Source: an uncultured delta proteobacterium (GTDB taxonomy: Bacteria > Desulfobacterota > Zymogenia > Zymogenales > Zymogenaceae). From it: a DNA stretch of 64,000 nucleotides. Below, one piece after another: positions 42,095-53,633 of this stretch. The translations under genes were made by a program, and so were the position numbers. Numbering within the stretch: the stretch's first letter is position 1; every line of letters starts with the position of its first letter. Where the stretch lies: assembly GCA_963735595.1 (NCBI GenBank), contig CAVTLK010000005.1, positions 704,001 to 768,000 of the forward strand, written 5' to 3'. A model generated the notes under the pieces. The model worked only from the letters and a program-made list of their open reading frames with translations. It did not search any database and was not told the origin of the DNA.

Positions 42095-42306
42095 CAGACG
42101 GAAACGGGATAACGGCGGCAGAATTTAGGGGCAAGATGCTTGAACGGACAGAGGACATACTGCGGCGCATCACCGACCTCGAAAAAAAGGTTGATTGTCA
42201 CGTCGTCGATCTCGCCATGCTCAAAGTCAAGGCGGGGATGTGGGGATTTCTGGCCGGGGCAGTCCCCTCTCTTGCGGCCCTGCTCGTAATGATATTCAAG
42301 GATTAG
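42091..42306 (+). CDS. Holin/hemolysin-like protein (coiled coil plus C-terminal TM)
   Basis: RITDLEKKVD followed by a hydrophobic helix; precedes the endolysin. Confidence 0.5.
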   Translation: MTDGNGITAAEFRGKMLERTEDILRRITDLEKKVDCHVVDLAMLKVKAGMWGFLAGAVPSLAALLVMIFKD

Positions 42307-42308
42307 CC

Positions 42309-42755
42309 ATGAAGATGCGAGATGAAGATTGGCAGCTGGTTAAATATTTCGAGGCACAGGAATTTTCCCCGAGTCCCCACATGATGGAGCAGTCGATTGT
42401 TTTTCTGATCGATACGATACGCGACCTCTATTGCTCACCAATCAATATCACGTCGGCGTGGAGTCCGGGGACCGGGCACTCGGCAACATCACAACACTAC
42501 GTCGGCAAAGCCGTTGACTTCTGGATCGAAGGGATACCATTCAAAGATGCCGTGGGCCTGATGGAGGATTTTTTGAGCGCACCGCCTCGCGGGATAGGTG
42601 AATGGGATAAGGTAGGGCTCGGGATATACCCTCATTGGCTGCACCCGGGATTCCATCTTGATACCCGGGGAGCGATGGCCCGCTGGGGCGCAGTAACACG
42701 GATGGGAAAGCAGGTTTATGTATCATGGGATAACGCAAACAAGGCGGTAGTATGA
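42309..42755 (+). CDS. Peptidase M15-family endolysin
   Basis: KYF...EF, PI.ITSA, SQH..GKAVDF, GLGIY, FHLDTRG zinc-peptidase motifs. Confidence 0.85.
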   Translation: MKMRDEDWQLVKYFEAQEFSPSPHMMEQSIVFLIDTIRDLYCSPINITSAWSPGTGHSATSQHYVGKAVDFWIEGIPFKDAVGLMEDFLSAPPRGIGEWDKVGLGIYPHWLHPGFHLDTRGAMARWGAVTRMGKQVYVSWDNANKAVV

Positions 42756-42946
42756 AGATTTGGGAGGCTATCGGAGGGCGCAAGTTCCTGGCACTCACGC
42801 TGGCGTGTATAGTGTACGTCTGGACGGGTCGATTTGATTTCAACCTCGCGCTCATCTTTGCCGCGTATATGGGTGCAAACGTTTTGACTAAGTTAGTTAA
42901 TGGGAAGAAGGAGAAAGAGGTTGAGGTTAAATATGATACTCACTAA
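42752..42946 (+). CDS. Putative holin
   Basis: 64 aa, GGRKF followed by two TM helices and a charged tail. Confidence 0.6.
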   Translation: MKIWEAIGGRKFLALTLACIVYVWTGRFDFNLALIFAAYMGANVLTKLVNGKKEKEVEVKYDTH

Positions 42947-43166
42947 AAAGAGGATCCTCTTTGTTAGCATTATCATAGCCCTTTGGGCGCTAATAATGCT
43001 CTGGGGCATTCACAGGTACCGGGAAGACGCACTGACGGAAAAGCAGGTTTCCACCCGGAGCCTTCAGGCTCAGGAACGGGTAACACGAGAGTATATTCCC
43101 ACGAAATTGAAGGAAAAGGACTCTGATGAACTAACAAGGATAGGGGTAAACCTATGGGGAGAATAA
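42933..43166 (+). CDS. Putative i-spanin-like protein
   Basis: N-terminal TM plus short helical domain within the lysis cassette. Confidence 0.4.
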   Translation: MILTKKRILFVSIIIALWALIMLWGIHRYREDALTEKQVSTRSLQAQERVTREYIPTKLKEKDSDELTRIGVNLWGE

Positions 43167-43585
43167 ACAAACTTACTTATTCTATGTCTGGAATGGCTGT
43201 AATATTGAGTAGCCTGATCTGCCTGTTAGTGATAGCAGGTGGATGTTCCACCGCGTCATGGATAATTCATCACAACGGCTCAGGCGATGATCTTCTTATT
43301 AACGAGGCCGACGTGGATGCAATGATTACTGAATTGTCGCTGGTACAGCCAGTAGACTCGGAAACCATACTCCATAACGAAACCACGGATCGATATGAGC
43401 TCACGCCGGATGCCTACAGGAAAGCGATAAGGGACGGGATTATCAGGAGGATTCAGGATAGTAAGATCAGCGCATTTCTTGAGAGCTACCGTCGCGAGAG
43501 TTTTGCCGACGCCCTAAGGAAAGATATGGGCACGGTCGGGACTATTATCCTGTTCCTCGGGATCCTCGGCGGCCTGTTCTATTAA
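43154..43585 (+). CDS. Putative spanin lipoprotein with C-terminal TM
   Basis: Lipobox-like IAGGC and terminal TVGTIILFLGILGGLFY helix. Confidence 0.45.
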   Translation: MGRINKLTYSMSGMAVILSSLICLLVIAGGCSTASWIIHHNGSGDDLLINEADVDAMITELSLVQPVDSETILHNETTDRYELTPDAYRKAIRDGIIRRIQDSKISAFLESYRRESFADALRKDMGTVGTIILFLGILGGLFY

Positions 43586-43611
43586 AAAGGCGCGGTAACA
43601 ACCGCGCCGTT
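43585..43611. terminator. Terminator hairpin ending the tail/lysis module
   Basis: AAAA-GGCGCGGT-aaca-ACCGCGCC-GTT between convergent genes. Confidence 0.6.
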
Positions 43612-43642
43612 GAATTATTGTATAGTGGCCGTCAAAAGGTAA

Positions 43643-44365
43643 TCAATCACTTACCATGAGCGTCAGCTTTTCGATGATCGGTGGGTCCTCCGTATCGATT
43701 ACCTGAACCATCTCTTTATACATTCGCCTCTTCATCTCGGCAAATATACCGCGTTTCTTCTGATAGGTTCCCGCTAAGGCCATCGCCTCGGCAATCAGCG
43801 TCTCTTGGTTTTCACAGGCCTTGACAATGACATGATGCGCCTCGAGCTCCGCCGCGCCATAGCGCTTGCCGGAAAGGAGCATTTCGTTGAATTTATACTC
43901 AGGGATGGCCTTCCTGCTGAAGGCGACCATCCCCGGCAAAAACGGGATGCCGATATCGATCTCGGGAAAAAAGAAAAAGCCTCTATCGGCGCGCATGAAG
44001 CGAAAATCGCAGGCGCATGACAGGATCGCCCCGTTGGCTACCGCATGGCCGTTGATTGCAGCGATCACCGGCATCGGGTAGGTTAAGAGCCTCTTGAATA
44101 CCCCGTTGATCCCGTACAGGAACTCCTTGATCTGTTTCGTCTCGTTTTTTCCCATTCGCTCCGTCAACCAGGTAAGGTCGATGCCCTGAGACCAGTTCTT
44201 TGGATCACTGCTGGTGATAACGACCGACGAAAGCTCCTTATCTTTTTCGATGGCGTCCAACGCGGTGGACATATCGGCAACGAAGACGGCGTTGTGGCGG
44301 TTTTCCCCGTTAGTCATCGTGACGACGGCGACGGTCCCTTGTTTCTTCCATTCTACGACAGACAT
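43643..44365 (-). CDS. Enoyl-CoA hydratase/isomerase family protein
   Basis: WSQG.DL, P.PVIAAINGHA.A.G..L..ACDFR, PEID.G. Confidence 0.9.
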   Translation of the reverse strand: MSVVEWKKQGTVAVVTMTNGENRHNAVFVADMSTALDAIEKDKELSSVVITSSDPKNWSQGIDLTWLTERMGKNETKQIKEFLYGINGVFKRLLTYPMPVIAAINGHAVANGAILSCACDFRFMRADRGFFFFPEIDIGIPFLPGMVAFSRKAIPEYKFNEMLLSGKRYGAAELEAHHVIVKACENQETLIAEAMALAGTYQKKRGIFAEMKRRMYKEMVQVIDTEDPPIIEKLTLMVSD

Positions 44366-44675
44366 CGATTCCTCCTCGGGTATTCGGGTTGGAGTATAGT
44401 ATGAGGTATTGTGTGTCTTCTGTAATGTGTAAGTATAGATAAGTGATTCGTTTGTGTCAAGGCAAATGAAGGTATGAGATGGTCGTTTCGGATAAGTGGG
44501 AAGCGATGAATTCAATTAAGTTCCTTTAATATGAATACATTTTGTATATGAGACTATTGCAGAACGTCGAGAAGGGGTGTATATACGTTAGTACCGTAAG
44601 GATTTTGTCTGTCCTGACCGCGCGTTTTTTATATCGAGCCCCTTCATGAGGGGCGTTTTAGCGTGAGGCGATTTC

Positions 44676-45590
44676 ATGCTTAGGAAGTATAACGTAGTCG
44701 GCGGCAAATTGGCGGAGACGCAGGAGAATGACGCCCTCCTATTTATCTACATCAATCCCGATGAGAGCGAAAAGAAGCACCTTATTGATGATCTTAAGCT
44801 CGACGAGCATACCCTCGGTTCTGCACTGGACCCTGATGAACTGGCCCGCCTCGAATTCGAGCCCAGGCATACCGCCATCATTTTCAAGCGGCCCGAGCCC
44901 TATAGCCATAAGGACGAGTTCCTATTCAGAATCGCCTCCACCGGCGCCTATCTCTTCAAAGATCGGCTCGTGATCGTGATATCGGAAGATGTTCCGCTGC
45001 TGGATGGAATGCAGCAGATAAGGATGGCGACGCCGGGGTATTTATTGCTTCGGCTCATCAACCGGTCGATAAACCATTTCCTCGGGCACGTCAAGGTTAT
45101 CTCTGCCATTTCGGACGAGTTGCAGGACAAGATCAATCGGGCCATGGAGAACCGGTACCTTATCAATCTCTTCTCGCTGCAGAAGAGCCTTGTCTACTAC
45201 CTCAACTTCATCAACTCCAACGGCGTGGTGCTGGAAAAACTCAAGCTCAACGCAAATAGGATCGGCTTTTCGAAGGAGGAGCTGGAGCTTCTGGACGACA
45301 CCCTCATCGAGAATAACCAGTGTTACCGGCAGGCGGAGATTTACTCCAACATTCTGGCAAGCCTGATGGATGCGCGGGCCTCCATCGTCTCCAATAACCT
45401 CAACGTCCTCATGAAGACGCTCACGCTCATTACGATCACGATCATGGTCCCGACTCTTGTAGTCAGCGCCTTTTCGATGAACGTGGTCATTCCTCTCGCG
45501 AAGCTTCCCTACGCCTTCTGGGTAATCCTCGGGCTGGCGGCAACGTCGGTCCTCAGCATTATCGTCATCTGGCGGAGGAAGGGTTTGTAG
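44676..45590 (+). CDS. corA: CorA-family magnesium transporter
   Basis: SALDPDE..R.E, NNLN..MKTLT, SMN variant of the GMN motif, two C-terminal TM helices. Confidence 0.85.
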   Translation: MLRKYNVVGGKLAETQENDALLFIYINPDESEKKHLIDDLKLDEHTLGSALDPDELARLEFEPRHTAIIFKRPEPYSHKDEFLFRIASTGAYLFKDRLVIVISEDVPLLDGMQQIRMATPGYLLLRLINRSINHFLGHVKVISAISDELQDKINRAMENRYLINLFSLQKSLVYYLNFINSNGVVLEKLKLNANRIGFSKEELELLDDTLIENNQCYRQAEIYSNILASLMDARASIVSNNLNVLMKTLTLITITIMVPTLVVSAFSMNVVIPLAKLPYAFWVILGLAATSVLSIIVIWRRKGL

Positions 45591-45838
45591 GTAATAGGGC
45601 TATGGTGGCTGATTTTAGGGGAAACATAGAGACGGTCGGCGTATTCTGTAGTGATACATAAACGACCCTCTTCACTGGGCCCTTCCCCCAACTATTATCT
45701 TGACAAATTCCGCTGCCGGTCTAACAATATATCAGAAATCATACTTCCTCCGACACTGTCCGCTTTATCTACGATGCCGGTCTTTCGCGGGGAGGGGTTA
45801 CCCGGCGGCTTTTTACAGGCAACTCCGGAGGGCCTTCC

Positions 45839-46600
45839 ATGAAGAGGTTCTTTTATCATAGTATTTATCCCTTCTACATACCGATCTGGATACTGATAGT
45901 TGCCGTCTCAACGATCGTCATCGGGCCTATCATAATACTCATCCTGTTTATCCCTCATCTCGATCGGGGGGCGCGGTTTACGTACCGTTACCTTGCGCTC
46001 CTCTGGGCCCGGATCAACCTGACACTCTCCGGCGTTCGTGTAAATGTAATCGGCGCAGAAAAGGTGGATAGGGACAAGTCCTACATCGTCATGAGTAACC
46101 ACCAGAGTAATTTCGACGTCCTGGCGTTGGCCACCCGCCTCCCATTACAGTTACGCTGGGTGGCAAAGCGGGAGCTCATGAAGGTCCCTATCTTCGGATT
46201 CGCCATCAAAAAAATGGGAATGATCATCATCGATCGCAAGGACCCCGAGAAGGCCCACGAAAGCATGAAAGCCGCCGATGAAAAAATCAAGTCGGGCCTC
46301 TCGGTTATCATCTTGCCCGAGGGGACCAGAAGCAGAGACGGTAGACTCCTTGAGTTCAAAAAGGGCGGCTTTATTATGGCACTCTCGACAAGGACTCCAA
46401 TCCTGCCTGTCACTATCAACGGAAGCCGGTTCTGTCTTCCCAGGGGTGGGCTCTTCTCTCTGAGGCCCGGAAAGATCCAGTTGATCATCCACGATCTTGT
46501 TGAGGTGGCTGAGCTTACGATCGAGGACCGTGACGGCCTCCTTGAGCAGATCCGCGGTATTATTGAGGGCGAGCTGGACCTGTCATACGGGAAGATTTAG
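45839..46600 (+). CDS. plsC: 1-acyl-sn-glycerol-3-phosphate acyltransferase
   Basis: NHQS.FD, PEGTRS, FKKG motifs. Confidence 0.88.
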   Translation: MKRFFYHSIYPFYIPIWILIVAVSTIVIGPIIILILFIPHLDRGARFTYRYLALLWARINLTLSGVRVNVIGAEKVDRDKSYIVMSNHQSNFDVLALATRLPLQLRWVAKRELMKVPIFGFAIKKMGMIIIDRKDPEKAHESMKAADEKIKSGLSVIILPEGTRSRDGRLLEFKKGGFIMALSTRTPILPVTINGSRFCLPRGGLFSLRPGKIQLIIHDLVEVAELTIEDRDGLLEQIRGIIEGELDLSYGKI

Positions 46601-46741
46601 AAGCGGGGCGGCGCGGTGGCCGGCGTAGAAGCTGAGAAAAGGGAAACGCCCTGTCTCCTCTGGAGGTGACGGGGCGTTAGTTATTGTACAAGGCGCCATA
46701 TCCCGATTCCTTCCGATATGAAACGGCCCGAGAACGCGAAC

Positions 46742-48766
46742 CTACCCGATCCTCCGCCTGCCGAGCTTGCGCCACAGGGCGGCGGCAAACAGAAAGAATA
46801 AAAGGGAGAGCAGAAAGGCCTCGGCGAAAACCACAATGGTTCCCCAGCGGGGATCGTCAATAAGATACTTGGTGCGGTATCGTTCGGGAGTGAAGATACC
46901 GATCGTTGCGGAGAGGGCACGGACGTAGTCCGTGAGAAAGGAGGGCTGCCGCATGTCGCCGGGCCGGATCGTGTCGTAACGGATGACGTCTGAGGCCGGA
47001 TTCACCGGCAGTGGCGTGAGACCTACCGTCTCCTCCACCGAGATGGGGGTAAGCTCCGGGGGTATCTGGACAATCCCTACACGGAGGTTTAACAGCCCCG
47101 AGATGGCAACCACGAGGGCAAGCCACCCCAGGGTGTATACTGGCCGTTCCCCGAAGAGCGAAACCAGCCGGTAGAGCCATAGCCCGATGCGCACCAAAGG
47201 TGTTTCGAAGTTTTCCCTGCGCCGCATCTCCATCTGCCCGGCGAAGAAGTCGCCCGCTTCGTGGTACCGGTAGTTGCGCGTATAATTCTCCATGAGTTGG
47301 TTGTACAGCCGATAAACCTCCCAGTGGTTCTCCTCCTTGGGAGCGGCCCAGATCCTTACGCGTTTCAGGAGCGTGAGCCGGGCGGTGCGTCCTGGCGTGC
47401 CGAGGCGGTCCAGGAAACGGGTCCATCGGGCCACGGTAAGCAACAGGCCTCCGATCCCGAGGAATCGGAAGGGCCGTTGACTATACCGGAAAATCCTCCC
47501 CCGTTCCTGGAAAAGCTCGTCGTAGACCTTGACCCTCCCGGAGAAGAGTGACGAGTTATATCGCCTGCCGCACCACGAGATTCGGACAAAATTAATCCGC
47601 GTAACATCGGTAGAGAGGAAACGCGCACACGAGAGGTCAACGACGGCGAACGTAACGCGATCAGGATACTCGAAAGAGATATCCTGAAAATCCACGGGAG
47701 TGCCGTGATAAAAGGTCCTGCCGGAAAAGAGTATCCTTCCGCCCCCGGAGAACGTCGAGCCGGAGAAGGAGACGCCTGCAGGGCAATGGAACTGTGCGTC
47801 GGAAAAGTCTGCACCGCTGCCTCCCGAGAACCGCGCACGGGAAAAATTAACCGGGCCGTCGCCGATAAATTTCGCGTTAACGAAATTCGCTTTGCTCTTG
47901 CCGGTTAGCTGTGCCAGCGAGAAATTGGCGCCTCCGTTACAGGTAAACTCCGCCTTGTTGAAGTTGGCTCCGCCCCGGCCGGAGAAGTTGGTGGTTGAAA
48001 AATTCGCCTGTCCTTTTCCGAAGAATCTCGTGCTGGAAAAATTGGCCCCATCCCCCCCCGAAAACTGGATCAGGGAAAAGTTCGTACCCCCGTCTTTCGC
48101 GAAGCTCGCCCCGGCGAAGTTAGCCACCTTGCCGGTAAACTCAGCGAAGTGGAAATCCGCCGCCCCCTCACCGGAAAACTCGGCTAACTTGAAGTCCACG
48201 CCGCCGTCCGCCGCGAACTTAGCCCAGGTAAAATCGACAGATCCTCCCGAAAAGACCGTCCGGGAAAAATTTGTTGTGCTGTTCCCGGAAAACTTCGCCA
48301 TCCTGAAATTGGTTCCGCCCGCCCCCTCGAAGCGCGCCCCGCCGAAAGAGACCGTATTGTCACCCAGGAAGGAAGCTTCGATAAAGTTCGCTCCGGATTC
48401 TCCTCCAAAGGTTGCCCCGGAAAGATCGACCGGGCAATTGAATACCGCATCCGAGAAGACGGCATCGGTGAAGGCGAGAGAACCAGCCTCGTGTTTTAGC
48501 CGCGAAAAATCAAACAATCTTGGAAAGACGAAACCGCAGAAGAGATGATGTCCGGATTGGTAGAGCTTCATGAATTCCAGACGGAAGCGTTCGGCATCCT
48601 TATCTTCTCGCGTGTCATGAAAGATGCAGAGCCGCTTTGCCGCCGGGCCGGATTGCCTCTTGGCCGGGTGGGGACACGAGTAGGAAACGTGGGAATTATC
48701 CTTAAGGTTGAGATAGGTCGAAGAATAGTCACACATTGATCGTTCCTCGAAGCTGGTCGTGATCAT
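46742..48766 (-). CDS. Pentapeptide-repeat protein with C-terminal TM segments
   Basis: Tandem ANF..A.F.G.GG repeats; N-terminal C..CIFH; LFGERP then TM helices. Confidence 0.8.
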   Translation of the reverse strand: MITTSFEERSMCDYSSTYLNLKDNSHVSYSCPHPAKRQSGPAAKRLCIFHDTREDKDAERFRLEFMKLYQSGHHLFCGFVFPRLFDFSRLKHEAGSLAFTDAVFSDAVFNCPVDLSGATFGGESGANFIEASFLGDNTVSFGGARFEGAGGTNFRMAKFSGNSTTNFSRTVFSGGSVDFTWAKFAADGGVDFKLAEFSGEGAADFHFAEFTGKVANFAGASFAKDGGTNFSLIQFSGGDGANFSSTRFFGKGQANFSTTNFSGRGGANFNKAEFTCNGGANFSLAQLTGKSKANFVNAKFIGDGPVNFSRARFSGGSGADFSDAQFHCPAGVSFSGSTFSGGGRILFSGRTFYHGTPVDFQDISFEYPDRVTFAVVDLSCARFLSTDVTRINFVRISWCGRRYNSSLFSGRVKVYDELFQERGRIFRYSQRPFRFLGIGGLLLTVARWTRFLDRLGTPGRTARLTLLKRVRIWAAPKEENHWEVYRLYNQLMENYTRNYRYHEAGDFFAGQMEMRRRENFETPLVRIGLWLYRLVSLFGERPVYTLGWLALVVAISGLLNLRVGIVQIPPELTPISVEETVGLTPLPVNPASDVIRYDTIRPGDMRQPSFLTDYVRALSATIGIFTPERYRTKYLIDDPRWGTIVVFAEAFLLSLLFFLFAAALWRKLGRRRIG

Positions 48767-49164
48767 TTATCACTATATCGTATTATCCATAAAAATAAAG
48801 AAAAAAAGAGTGTTTTGTCGCACATTTACCTCCTTCCATGTGGCTATTACCGCGGGTTGCCCATCTTCAACTCAGTTTGTACAGCCCTCGTGCGAGGATA
48901 TGTATAAATAGACAATCCCCGGGTCGGTTCGGGCTGGTAAGGTTTCGTGTGGTGGTAATGGAGAGGCGTGCGCGTGTGCGACATTATCGTACACGTGTTA
49001 CATAAAGGAGATATATGTGTGAAACAATACGTTCATTTTCAAATAGATTCCCGATAGTAACGTTTTATCTGGATATGGGCGCGCCGGAGTGATATAATAC
49101 TTACTATGGGAAAAGGGTGGCTTGCCGATTGAGGGCGGCCTGTTACGAGACAGGGGGCTACATA

Positions 49165-49347
49165 ATGACTTGGCATATACTTACGATACTCTGCGGCGTT
49201 TTATCAATCCTGGCCGCGTTGTTTCCCGAATCCTACGCCGATCTGGTGGGAGGGAACTTCCTCTCGCTTGTGGTCTTTCTTTCCGGGGCGGTAGTCGTTT
49301 TTGCGAGCCTGGCCCTTGGCAGCTTTCGGGATTTAACCGACGACTAA
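49165..49347 (+). CDS. Small two-TM hypothetical protein
   Basis: MTWHILTILCG... after a GGGGG RBS-like site. Confidence 0.45.
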   Translation: MTWHILTILCGVLSILAALFPESYADLVGGNFLSLVVFLSGAVVVFASLALGSFRDLTDD

Positions 49348-49514
49348 ACGGTTCGTTCGGCGAAGATCAGACGTACCGCTTTGGCGTTTGGCGGGCGCGA
49401 GGCCGCCGGATTCCGACACCCGAGCCGTACGCGTACGAATACTAACTCTCAGGCCGTCACCGCAAGGAAGACGGCTTTATTGTTTCTTCCCCGGTGACCC
49501 GGCGCTGAGGCCCG

Positions 49515-50135
49515 TTATTGAGGCCTTTTCGTCAAAACGAATATCGCGTTGATAGCCAGGAGATTGGGGAAGAAACGCACCGGCTTCGCCTTTCCGAGAT
49601 ACCTGGCATCGATTACCTGTATTCGCTTTCGGCGACAAAAGGCAAAGAAATCCTTAATCGAGAGAAAGCGGACGTTAGGCGTATCGAACCAGTAGTGGGG
49701 GAGTGTCGATGTTACGGGGGTCCTCCCGCAGAAGAAGATCGCCGTGCGGGCGGTGATGTGGGCGAAATTCGGAAATCCCACGATCACGTATCTGCCGACT
49801 CTCAGGCATTCCTCTATCACAAAATCGATCTTTCGGGTCTCCTGCATGCTCTGATTGAGGATCACCCAGTCAAACGACATGTCGGGATACTCCGTCAGGC
49901 CGCTCTCGATATCCCCGTGAAACACCGAAAGCCCCCGCATGATGCAGCGGCTCACCGCGTCGTTGTCCAGTTCGATCCCCTGCGCGCGGACGTTCTTGGC
50001 GGTCTCCATGAGAGCGATGAGATCGCCCTCGCCGCATCCGAGGTCAAGCACCCGGGAACCGTTGCCGACGATATCGGCGATAACGCGATAATCAAGCCTG
50101 GCGGTATCAGTCACGACGCCTCTCCAGATTGTCAA
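49515..50135 (-). CDS. metW: Methionine biosynthesis protein MetW
   Basis: [24 protein letters not shown]; follows metX. Confidence 0.9.
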   Translation of the reverse strand: MTIWRGVVTDTARLDYRVIADIVGNGSRVLDLGCGEGDLIALMETAKNVRAQGIELDNDAVSRCIMRGLSVFHGDIESGLTEYPDMSFDWVILNQSMQETRKIDFVIEECLRVGRYVIVGFPNFAHITARTAIFFCGRTPVTSTLPHYWFDTPNVRFLSIKDFFAFCRRKRIQVIDARYLGKAKPVRFFPNLLAINAIFVLTKRPQ

Positions 50136-51266
50136 GAAAATGGGTAATCAGGCCGGTCTGGGCGACGGTCTCGATCAGGAAGGCGTCGTGCCCGTAGGTC
50201 GAGTCAAGCTCACAATAGGTCGCATCTACATGCCCCCGTTTGAGCTCCCTGACGATATCCCGGGACTGATGGGAAGGGTAGAGCCAGTCGGACTTAAACG
50301 AGATGACCAGAAATCGCGTACCGCGCTTCCTGTCGGCCCGGATGAGCCTTCCGTCCGAAAGGTCGAAGTAGTCCATCGCCTTGGTGATGTAGAGATACGA
50401 ATTGGCGTCAAACCGCTTAACAAAGTTGTCACCCCGGTAGCGCAGATACCCCTCTACCTCAAAGTCATCGGCAAACGAGTAGCTGTATATCCCATTCTTG
50501 AGGCGGCGGGAGAACTTCTCCTCCATCGACGTATCGCTCATGAAGGTGATGTGGCCGATCATACGGGCGACGGCAAGTCCCCTGCCGGGCTGTCCATAGT
50601 CATAATAATTGCCCTGCCGCCAATCGGGATCGGCCATGATCGACTGGCGGATGACCTCGTCAAAGGCGATCTGCTGGGGAGAGTGCTTGAGGGCCGTCGC
50701 CACGGGAATCACCGCCCAAGTGCGTTCGGGAAACTCGGCCGCCCACTGGAGCGCCTGCATCCCTCCCATCGATCCACCGACGACCGCCAGGAGCTTCTCA
50801 ATGTCCAGGTGGTCGATGAGGAGCGCCTGGGCCCGCACCATATCCGATATGGTGATGATCGGAAAATCCAGCGCATAGGGTCTCCCGGTGGCAGGGTTAA
50901 TCGATGAGGGACCGGTGCTCCCCTTGCATCCGCCGATTACGTTGGAGCAGATGACGAAATATCTATTTGTGTCAAACGCCTTGCCCGGGCCGATCATGCC
51001 GTCCCACCAGCCCGGCTCTTTGTCTCCCTCATGATATCCGGCGGCATGGGCGTCGCCCGACAGGGCATGGAGGACCAGGATAGCGTTCGACCGCTCGCGG
51101 TTGAGCGTGCCGTATGTCTCGTAGGCCAGCGTGATGGGCCCCAGTTGCCTTCCGGATTCAAGGATGATCCCGTCCGGCGGATGAGCGAAGGGTTACGGAG
51201 TGGGTCTCTACGAGACCCACCCCCGTCGGTGGTATGTCTAGGCACAACCTGTTCCATGTCTTTCAT
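50107..51266 (-). CDS. metX: Homoserine O-acetyltransferase (frameshifts near the 5' end)
   Basis: [37 protein letters not shown]. Confidence 0.92.
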
Positions 51267-51279
51267 TCTTCCTTCTATA

Positions 51280-52215
51280 TCAGGAGGACGCCTCGGAAAA
51301 GAGCCACGTAGAAAGGTAACGCTCGCCGGTATCGGGAAGGAGAGCGACGATGACCTTGCCCGCGCCTTCTGTCCGCCCGGCGATCTCGAGGGCCGCCCAG
51401 AGCGCCGCCCCGCTGGAAATCCCGGCCAGGATTCCCTCCTGCTTGGCGAGGTTCCGTGCGGTAGTCCCCGCGTCTTCATTGGCGACAGTGATGATTTCGT
51501 CGATAACGCCCCGGTTAAGGATATCGGGGACGAATCCCGCCCCGATTCCCTGGATCTTGTGGGGGCCGGCCTTGCCGCCGGAAAGTATCGGCGAGTCCGC
51601 CGGTTCCACCGCGACTATCTTAACAGCGGGTTTGCGTTTCTTCAGTATTTCCCCGACCCCGGTGATCGTTCCGCCGGTGCCGATTCCCGAGATAAAATAG
51701 TCGACGGTTCCGTCCGTATCCGCCCAGATTTCCTCGGCGGTGGTTTTACGGTGGATCTCGGGGTTGGCCGGATTCTTAAACTGCTGCGGGACAAAGCTGT
51801 CTTTCATCTCTTGAGCCAGTTGCTCCGCCTTTTGGATAGCGCCGTTCATCCCATTGGCTCCCTCCGTCAGGACAAGCTCGGCCCCGAGGATCTTGAGAAG
51901 CTGCCGTCGTTCCACGCTCATCGTATCGGGCATCGTCAGGATAAGCCGATAACCCCGGGCGGCGCAGACGAAGGCAAGAGCGATGCCGGTGTTGCCGGAG
52001 GTCGGCTCGATGATGACGGTGCCCTTTGTGATGCGGCCGCTTCGCTCTGCCGAGTCGATCATAGACACTCCGATCCGATCCTTAACGCTCGACAGGGGAT
52101 TAAAGGATTCAATCTTGACCAGCACGGTCGCCTTGACGCCTGTCGCCATCCGGTTTATCCTGACCAGGGGAGTGTTGCCAATGGTTTTAGTAATATCTTC
52201 GAAAATTCTTGTCAT
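51280..52215 (-). CDS. cysK: Cysteine synthase A
   Basis: [36 protein letters not shown]. Confidence 0.95.
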   Translation of the reverse strand: MTRIFEDITKTIGNTPLVRINRMATGVKATVLVKIESFNPLSSVKDRIGVSMIDSAERSGRITKGTVIIEPTSGNTGIALAFVCAARGYRLILTMPDTMSVERRQLLKILGAELVLTEGANGMNGAIQKAEQLAQEMKDSFVPQQFKNPANPEIHRKTTAEEIWADTDGTVDYFISGIGTGGTITGVGEILKKRKPAVKIVAVEPADSPILSGGKAGPHKIQGIGAGFVPDILNRGVIDEIITVANEDAGTTARNLAKQEGILAGISSGAALWAALEIAGRTEGAGKVIVALLPDTGERYLSTWLFSEASS

Positions 52216-52292
52216 GTACCTACCTCGTACAATATCCCGGTGTATTGCGGGGGAAAACGGGCGATGTCTTCCGGCATCTTAAATGCCGGGAT

Positions 52293-53630
<1,338 letters not shown>

Positions 53631-53633
53631 TTA

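Noticed and set aside
34007..43585. Contractile injection system, tailocin or T6SS
   Set aside because: No sheath or gp25/J wedge genes seen, and capsid, portal and terminase genes share the same promoter motif.
6637..43611. Intact temperate prophage
   Set aside because: No integrase, att repeats or replication genes recognised, and core genes purF/purB lie inside the span.
44600..44660. Riboswitch upstream of corA
   Set aside because: A hairpin and T-runs are present, but I recognise no M-box or other aptamer consensus.
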